From the NCBI GenBank assembly GCA_051294375.1, contig CM119265.1, positions 22,320,278-22,384,277 on the forward strand: 64,000 bases of DNA, in the 5' to 3' direction. Below, in pieces: positions 55,461 through 64,000 of this stretch; positions within the stretch are counted from its first letter, which is position 1, and each line of letters begins with the position of its first letter. The stretch comes from Paraspadella gotoi (lineage: Eukaryota; Animalia; Chaetognatha). The notes beneath the pieces were generated by a model. It was not told where the DNA came from and did not search any database. It was given only the letters and a program-made list of their open reading frames with translations. The position numbers were made by a program, and so were the translations under genes.

Positions 55461-55861
55461 ATAATTCTTAACCATCTTGTTTGAAATTGTTATGTAAAGA
55501 AGAGTTTGTCAATTGGTCGAAGTCGGACGGAGTGAGGGTGAGTGATACGATCTCACATGGCGGGGGGGGGTGTTTTGGGGGAGCGGGTGAGTTCGCGAGA
55601 AGAAGCAAAAAGGGTAAGGGGCGCTTAATATAGGATTACGATGGATTATCGATAAAAGTCACGTGGAAGGAAGAGACGCTATGTGGCGGTGAGAAAGAAG
55701 AGAGATGGAGTGAGATGGGAGAGAAAAATGGTCAAAGCTGGGAGAGAGATGGGAGAATGTTTTGCTTTAGATGGGAATGAGATGGGAATGAGTTGAGAGA
55801 AAGATGTAAATGGGAGACAGAGTTGAGAAAGATGGAGTAAAATTTGAGGGACAACATGGGA

Positions 55862-56050
55862 GAGAGATGGCAGAGAAAGTTGATTGAGGAATGGCACAAA
55901 GACGGCAGTGAAAGTCGATGTAGGAATGGCAGCGAGATGGCAGAGAAAGCTGGTTGAGGAATGGCAGAGAGACGGCAGAGAAAAAAGATTGAGGAATGGC
56001 AAAGAGACGGCAGAGAAAGTACATCGAGCAATGGCAGAGAGATGGCAAAA
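55862..56050. repeat. ~34-bp purine-rich minisatellite (GAGATGGCAGAGAAAG..GAGGAATGGCA) x5-6
   Basis: Read directly. It generates the repetitive minus-strand ORFs. Confidence 0.85.
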
Positions 56051-56346
56051 AAAATAAGAGATATTCGATGCGTCATTTCGACGGCGATGGAATCTTTTGG
56101 AATCCGAAAGAGAAAAAATGTGAATCTCGAAGAAGAGTGAAGGAACGTGACTTTTGTGAATCGTGAGACTTTGGGAAGGGAAATGGAGGAGACGAAGGAA
56201 AACACGGACGACGACGACGACGACGACGACGACGACAATGACGACGACGACGACGACCACGAGTATAAAGGAAAAGAATGAAAATTCTTCTGTTGGAGAA
56301 TTTTATCTCCGTCTTTAGCGACACATCCGCCGACTCTGTCTTCATA

Positions 56347-56388
<42 letters not shown>

Positions 56389-57359
56389 GCCGCCGCCTCC
56401 TTCCTGATGGCATTTCCGAGAAAACTCGATTTGGAGTGAATCAGACTTAGGCGTTCTTAGGCGTTCGAAGGAAAACGATTAAGAACGATGATAAAAATAA
56501 TAAAACAATAATTAACTATTATTCAGAGAGGCGGAAAAAATTTGAAACACTCGCCCGTTCTTCCCTCCGTTCTCCCTTTAATTCTCCTGCCAGTTTTTCC
56601 ATTAGTTCTCCCATCGGATCTCCCATCGGTTCTCTCGTCATTTCTCTCTCCCGTTATTTCATTCGTTCTCCCATCCATTCCCCGATCCGCATGTCCGTCT
56701 GGCTCGTACTAGTTAACAGCGTTCTCAGAATTGCGGGAAAGGTTGGAGAAAATACATCGATTCGTTGATAAATAAATTAGTTAATGTGCAATGCGCTGTG
56801 TGCAATGCAATGCAGCGTGAATCCTCGTTTGGCTTTTCACTCGAAAGCAAAAGATACACATCCAGTAATGCGTCCCTGCGTCCTTGTCGCCCGATTAGCG
56901 CTAAAAAAATAAAATGGCGGCTGAAAAAACGCCAACGACAAAGAAAATAAAGACGACGACGACAAAGTCAACAGAGACGACGAGAACAAAGTCAACACGT
57001 CCAAAGACAAAGTCTACGATAATCACGACGATCAGGGCGACGACGACGACAACAAAAACATTCAGAACAAAAAAAAAATAAAACGAAAGAAAAGGAGAAC
57101 GCTGAGAAGGAGAATAAGAGAACGCTGAGAAGGAGAACAACGAGAAGAAGTACTAGGAAAACTACCCAGGAGAACGAGAAGAATGACGAGAACCACGAAG
57201 AGAAATCCTCAAAAATACTGTTGTTAATAGCAACGGAACAACAATGAAATCACGGACGTCGGACCAAAATCCAATTGGCTCAAGCTGAAAAAGAAATTGA
57301 CGAACTGGCAGCCAACAGAAAGAGTTGGAAAGAGAAGATAGAGAGAGAAGAGAGAAGAG

Positions 57360-57447
<88 letters not shown>

Positions 57448-57721
57448 TAGAGAGGAGAGAGAACGCTGACGCGGTCGATATTCACGAGTGAGTTTGGACG
57501 CTTCCCGTCTTCACTTCCTCTTTGTTTACGTCTCAAAGTTTTCGTTTTCTTGTCCTCGTTATTTCTAGCATTTTGTTGTTGTTGTTAGTTGTTGTTTTTG
57601 TTGTAGTTGTTGTAGTTGTTGTTTTTGTTGTAGTTGTTCTGAAATTCGTATCTTTACTTTTAACCTTTTTTATCTTTCGGCAACGACGAAGGGCAACGCG
57701 CATCTTTTAAGTTCAAAATTA

Positions 57722-57773
<52 letters not shown>

Positions 57774-58770
57774 CGTTCACTTTTCACATAGAGGCCTCGC
57801 TCGCTAAACGAGGGGGGGCCCTCCTGAATGGTATTGGGGGGAGGGACCTCGCTAAAATGATGGAGGGGCCTTGAAATGGTGTCAGAGGGTCAAAACCCCA
57901 ATTTCAACTCGATATGGAATATGAAAAGAAAAAGTCTATTTTTTGTATTTTTCATTTATTTTCGTAGATGTTTTTTTTCTCTCGTCCTTTTGGCCTCAGC
58001 GATCGAGAGTAATGAGAATTTGACAACTCGTGCGTCGAGAAAAAATAGGAAATTAATTTTATTAAAATTTCTTTTGACGTCAGAGTTTGAAAATTGAAAT
58101 TGTATTTATGATATGATGAAAAGCTGTAAAATGTGTAATTTGTGGACATTATTTTATAGTTTCTACGACGTCATTGCGTATAGTTTAATGATAAAGGTAG
58201 TTATTGTCGATAAAACTTAGAGCATATTGCAAAGATAGATTTTTATTTTTATTTAAAATATTTTAATGATTTAACTCTTGAAAATAAGAATTAAATTTTA
58301 ATTTAAAATTTAATTATGTTAATATATTCTATTAGAATCCTAAGATTTGCTTTAACGAAAAAATTCTTCATTTCTTTTATCGTAATTAAACTTGAAATAT
58401 ACTACAAAAGCATTTAAAAGAACTAATTTGTATCTTCCCAACCACTTCATCAGGCAAGGGGAAAAAAGTAAGTAAAACTGAAAGAAAGAATCCTTTCTTT
58501 TTCCCTTTAATTACGTCGAAAGGAAAAGCTTCCTCTTCTCACGAAAATGGTTTTGCGCCAAATTGCCCGGTCATTTTTTTCCCTGCTCTTCACAACTCTA
58601 CGATGTACTTATTTTTGGTCGGTCGTATTTGTTGGTCGGTCGTTTTTCAGGCGGGAAAAACTTCATTTGAAGACTTTTGTCTTCTTCATTTAAGGTTTAA
58701 GTCTATTGAGTCTTTTAATTTCTCGTTTTAACTGGGACTCTGAAGTCGTGGTAGAACGGCTGAGAGGGGT

Positions 58771-58818
<48 letters not shown>

Positions 58819-58918
58819 CTCTCTCTCTCCTCTCTCTCTCTTCTCTCTCTCTCTTCTCTCTCTCTCTCTTCTCCTCTCTCTCCACTTTCGTCCTCTCTCT
58901 CTCTCTCTCTCTCTCTCT

Positions 58919-58966
<48 letters not shown>

Positions 58967-60093
58967 GTAATGACTCTAGAAAAAGAGTCGGTTGTCAAAA
59001 GAGTTTCAACGGAAAAAGAGGTCGCCATTGCTAATGATTGGACATCCACGTTACACCCTTTGGTTGGCATCAATCAGGATCTTCGCTGCTGCGACTGCTG
59101 CGGTTCCCGCTTTCCAATCATCCTTGGCTCAGTTTCCATCCGGGGCCTGCAGCGGAGTGCCTGCGAGTGACGGACGACGGTGAGACGTCAGTCCTGGCGT
59201 CATCTCTCGGCATATTTCGACCTCTCACTGCGCGTTTCTCGTCGATGATGAAAGAATATCGTTGACAGGTGCGAAGATACGATGCCAGACGCCTCAAGAT
59301 ACGAATAACAGATGCACGCCTTGAGCAAGAAACGGTCAGGAACTCGACTCCTTATTTTGCGCTCAAAGTAGAAAAAAAGAAACTTTTCTCTTCTTTTTTC
59401 TCTCGTTCCAAAGTCGCCGGGCGGCGCGGCGGCGGCGGTGCGGCGGCGGCGGCGGTCTCGGCGATGTTCCAGTCGTCTGTAGTTTTTCTAACCTCGTCAG
59501 AATATGAGCGCGACCCCGCCCTCGTAGTTTTAGACGGCGACGACGATGTAGACGTTAAACGACGATAACGACGATCGAGAGAAAATATAAAGAACGAGGT
59601 AAGTTTAAACGACAAACGACGACGAAGCTTTAACTCGTTTTTAGACCCACGGGAACTTACTTTTTTTTTACTTGCGGTGAGTTGTTGCGTGATGGAAATA
59701 GCACTAGGAGAAAAGTAAAGTGGCTACGGCTTACATTGTTATGCGCTATAGAAGATTGAAAATGATTTAAAGACGACAAGGCCACGGACGAGAATAACTT
59801 TCACCAAAATAAATGAATAATGGATCTGATTTACGTTTTGTATAGATTATTTTTAAAATATACAGTAGCTTCGCGAAAAATCAAGTATTAAAATAAAGTA
59901 TTTTGACAAACCCCTATCACTCTAATATAAAAAGGTAACAAAGGAGAAGAAATAAATTATTCCAGAGTCATATGTCGCATTAATCCTTGCTTATAAAGGA
60001 TGTAATTAATTAATTGATGACGTAAATAGTGACGATGATAACAACGACGACGACCACGGCGTTAAACGACGTTATTTGCCGAAGTCTAAATCT

Positions 60094-60136
<43 letters not shown>

Positions 60137-62149
60137 AGCAAAAACTGGAAATTATGAAGATGACGCTGACGGCGTCGGCGGGCGGCGGGCGGCGGGCGGC
60201 GGGCGGCGGGCGGCGGGCGGCGGGCGCCGTCGACGGGCGCCGGCTGTCAATAAGTGACGTTCATGTTGCCGTGCGAACTCAGCTGCAGAAGTACTCATCT
60301 TCATCCGGCATCTTTAGATGGAGACAGATGTGAACTGAGGGAGGCCACAACATTATTGGACTTTCCTTCTTATGGGTACATAGCACAACTCGAGGACATC
60401 CATTTCTCTTATCAGGCGACGATGTGGTGGCTTATATGTCCACCACTGTTATGAAAGTGAGTAGAGTAAGAGTAGAGAGAAAGAGATTGAGGAAATGATT
60501 AAGTAGGGCAAGCCGGAAAGTGAAAAGACCGAATGTGAAGTCAAGAGTATATCGCCAGACCCGAGAGGGGAGTGAATGTGAGGACCCACGTTGGAGGGTC
60601 ATGTTGAAGGCCAGAGACGAGAAGACTCGTGAGATCAGACTTATTTAGGCCGTACGAAGCCAAATGAAGGAGAATTGATGTAGGCCAAAAAGCGATGAAG
60701 AGATGGAGAGATTCTTAAATCACGATGACGGAGCTGCCCCGAGAACAGTTATATTGTCCGTTCACTGTTTTAGAGAAAGTGACGGAACATCGGAAGTATG
60801 TGGAGGTGTAGAGAGCGAGACGGACGGAAGAGACGGTCAAAGAGAGAGACGAGAGGAGCCAGACAAGAGAGAGGATAGGAGCGTAGAGTATGAGAGAGAG
60901 AAGGACGGGGAAGAATACAGAGGTTAGTGCGGGAAATGGAGTTGGAAACTGGGAAGAGAGAGGTATATGCTCGAATCGTGACGGACTTAGGCATATACAG
61001 TATGTTTAAGTATGACATGTAATGTTTATTCGAGTGTGGCCAAGACGTCCACGGAGTGCTCTTGAAGAGGACGATCAAGACTATCGATCCGTGGAAGTGG
61101 ATCAGGGCAAAAAGTTGGTCGAGATGGTTTGGGGATAGGGTGGGATGAAAATGTCAGACAAAGATTCAAAAGAGCGGGGAAAGTCTGTCTCCAAAAGGCG
61201 CGGACGCAAATATCAAAGGACGCGGAGGTGGGTGGAGTGTGCCGCAAATGACAGACTCGCGAGGTCTCACTAAATCCTCTAAAATTCGTGAAAAAAGTTT
61301 CCTGAGTCTCGGATGCACGCCGATGATTCCACGCCACGGTTTCAGTTTCAAAAAGGTGGAAGAAGGTTTTTTGGGATGATTTTGGATGATCGAGAGGAGC
61401 ACCGCCTGAAATGTACGGTTTATAAAAACAATAACACTCATTTATGAGTGACTGCCAGGACGGAGAGGAGGAACTTAAAGAACACGATTGAGGAGGAGGT
61501 GTGCATGCTTAGATGAGGATTAACAGCTGTATAACCAGGTTCCGAGTTTCGACTCAGCTCTCGGGCGCGGAAAACTAGTGGGTGGAGAAGACAAAAGCAT
61601 TACATCTCCTGAAACTAATGGTGCCTCCCTCTCTAAGACTCTAATGTATTTCAACCAAAACGACACGATCAGTTTTGTCCAGATTTTCGACAATCGTCGT
61701 CAGCGCCATATTCCTTGCGGAAGCGTCCGTCAGCGTCCACCGAAGGCCCGAACCGATGATCCCGATGAAGAGTGCGCCTGCATCGGTATCTCTCAGTGGC
61801 AATGATTCTTCGAAACCGATTCGTTGAAAAAGGATGTGATGGGGACAATAAGACGTTGAAATTACCGGCTATCGTGAACCTTATGATTTTAGCAGCATCA
61901 GTTAAAAGACAGGAACACGGTTTCAAGTAAGTGAGATACTATTAGTATCATATATTTTTGTTGGTGGATTGTTAATCATTTAGTAACTTTTATCGACTTT
62001 TTCTTCTTTTTTCTATTGCAAGACCGACTTTTCCCTACGACCTATTGTTGTCGGCGCAATTCCTCAGTGTTCGCCGCTTCATATAACTGAAAACGTGTGC
62101 CGGCAACTCTTCAAGTTTCCACAGCCTCTTGCCGATACGTCGAAGCTTA

Positions 62150-62535
62150 TGTCGCCGTCGCATGCGTATCCTAAGCCGTCGAATTTGAAGAACTCTCGAC
62201 AACTCGCCCCTTTCGGAGGGGTACAAACACAGCAGGCGGCGGAAATAAGCCACGATGCCAACGAGAGAAAAAAGTTGGAAGAGATTCTAAAATTGATAAT
62301 TCGAGAATATAATATAAAGAACTTCTTCGAGTGACAATGGACACATATTCAAAATTTTATCGATACAGCTGCGGACAAAGCGTTTCTTTCTCTATTTCAG
62401 GAGTCAAACACTACAGAGATGTTATCTGTTCGGAACAGCGAAATAGACGCTCGCAGATATTATCTGCTTCGCAATTTAAATTTCGGATCGGGCCAACATA
62501 CGACGGGTGTAGGGCCTAAACTTCCGAGCTTTTAC
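62150..62535 (+). mobile_element. Degenerate LTR-retrotransposon integrase core fragment
   Basis: V(D)AY(S)K (~62155-62175), SDNG (62330-62341), GVKH (62400-62411) and TTGV.P..SELL (~62499-62534) appear in the expected order but in shifting frames. Confidence 0.55.
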
Positions 62536-64000
62536 TAACGGAGATTTAGCTGCTTCGAAGTTCATTATGTGTACAAATGAGATTTCCGTTGCATTTCAAC
62601 GAAACACAATCAATTGCTGTACGGAGTAACAGTGAAGACGCTGATAATATCTGACGCAGTGAGCAGAGGTTGATTCAAGTATCTTCGAAGCAGTAGTCAT
62701 CGGAGCAAATTTTCACCTGCTTCGTCGGCTGCGGTCAATGCCTAAGTTATCGTCCAGATTCGACGGAGCACGGATTCAATGACATCTTCTTTACGTCTTT
62801 CCTCCTACTTTTGAAAGACGGCGTCACTTCTGAATGAGGTAGCCGGGGACGACGGCTTGACCCCGTGTCCGAGTCTCGTAGACTTTAATTCTGGCATTTT
62901 ACTGAGCAGATCAGATCCCCTTGTCCGAGCCCGGTTACACTCGAGCGGTTCACGTGAGACGATTTGGCTCGCGAGCCGGACTACCCGGTAGACCGGTCGT
63001 GGAACGGTAAAAAGTGTACGGCCGAGTTAGCGTACTTGTGCCACAGTCTCAGACTTTGGAGCGAGCATTTTCGATGCCACCTCGGAGTCCTCTCGAGTAA
63101 TCCCGATAGCCGTAGTGTCCTTCATTGTCAGAAGATAGGTCGTGACGCTCCCAGACGAGAGAAGGAGAGCCAATAACCTCAGTTTATCATCACAACGCTT
63201 TAAACACGCAGGAGGAGAGAGCAAGGACGAAGATCGTAGTACCCGTCACATCTAAGTGCTGTAAGTCGAATTCGCCGCGTCGATCCATTCGTGGCAACAC
63301 GACGGATTCGCACACTAATAGGGTGGCGAGAAATTTGAGGTCAGCAGGATAAGAAACGAGAAGAGACAAATCCGTCTGTCGGGTCATTAGTACCGGCACT
63401 CTCTGAGATGGCAGTTACGGAAAAGTGAATGTTCACGAATGGGACGCAGTAGCCGGAGAAGCAAAATAAGGGAAGAATTGGGCAGCGGTGGATCGAGGAG
63501 CGGGATCTGGCCGCGCAAAGAACATGCAATGGCAACCGTATATAGGTGGAGAATCCGAAAGAACTGAGTGTAGGTGCCAGCACTTTCTATAGTCGCTCCC
63601 CAAACCGGAGAATCGATGTCCAAGGATCGCACGTTTATTCAAAAAACCTGGAAAACCGCCAATCGAAGTGCAAGCATAGTAATATCTGTTCAGCTGTATC
63701 AATAAACGTCTTTCAGCTGAGTTTAACTGTTCATTAGTTGGTAGACTTAAGATGTATTCAGTTGTTCACTGTTCAAAGGGGCGATGAGGACGAGACAATG
63801 ATCCTCTTCTTTTAAATAATAATTTGACAAGGTATGTCAAATAAGGGATCGTAGAAGTAAATTGCGGTTAATATCTACGGTAAGTCGGAATGATAATATG
63901 ACGTTTTTAAAAAAGAGGAAAGAGAAGAGAACATGTATTTAATAATTAGTAATTAGCGAAAAATACAACAGAAAGGACATCTTTCGGAGAGAAATAAGCT

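Overview
Eukaryotic (animal, probably invertebrate) draft-assembly window that is AT-rich and full of (GA/CT)n, (GAC)n and (CAT)n microsatellites, with seven N-gaps. Almost all entries in the ORF track are spurious. I rebuilt three spliced genes by hand: (1) the 5' part of a minus-strand CIN85/CD2AP-like SH3 adaptor (899-1763); (2) a complete six-exon gene for a 260-aa secreted coiled-coil/beta-sandwich protein with tiny introns (3245-4530); and (3) the first five coding exons of a BRSK/SAD-1 kinase (5336-54580), which has 4-16 kb introns and continues past the window. Transposons lie mostly in the BRSK introns: two hAT-type foldback MITEs with 8-bp TSDs whose cores are inverted relative to each other (one in the SH3 gene, one in BRSK), two Helentron-associated (HINE/DINE-1-like) elements, a tRNA-headed SINE-like family that unusually keeps a TATA-containing upstream leader, a LINE RT fragment, and a heavily frameshifted Ty3/Gypsy element. 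Several stretches look like unpolished long-read gap fill, which limits interpretation. All calls come from manual reading; no database searches were run. I found no clear-cut new biological system. The best leads are the leader-bearing tRNA-SINE, the flip-flop MITE, the very long AG-free zones at every BRSK acceptor, and the secreted protein of unrecognised family.
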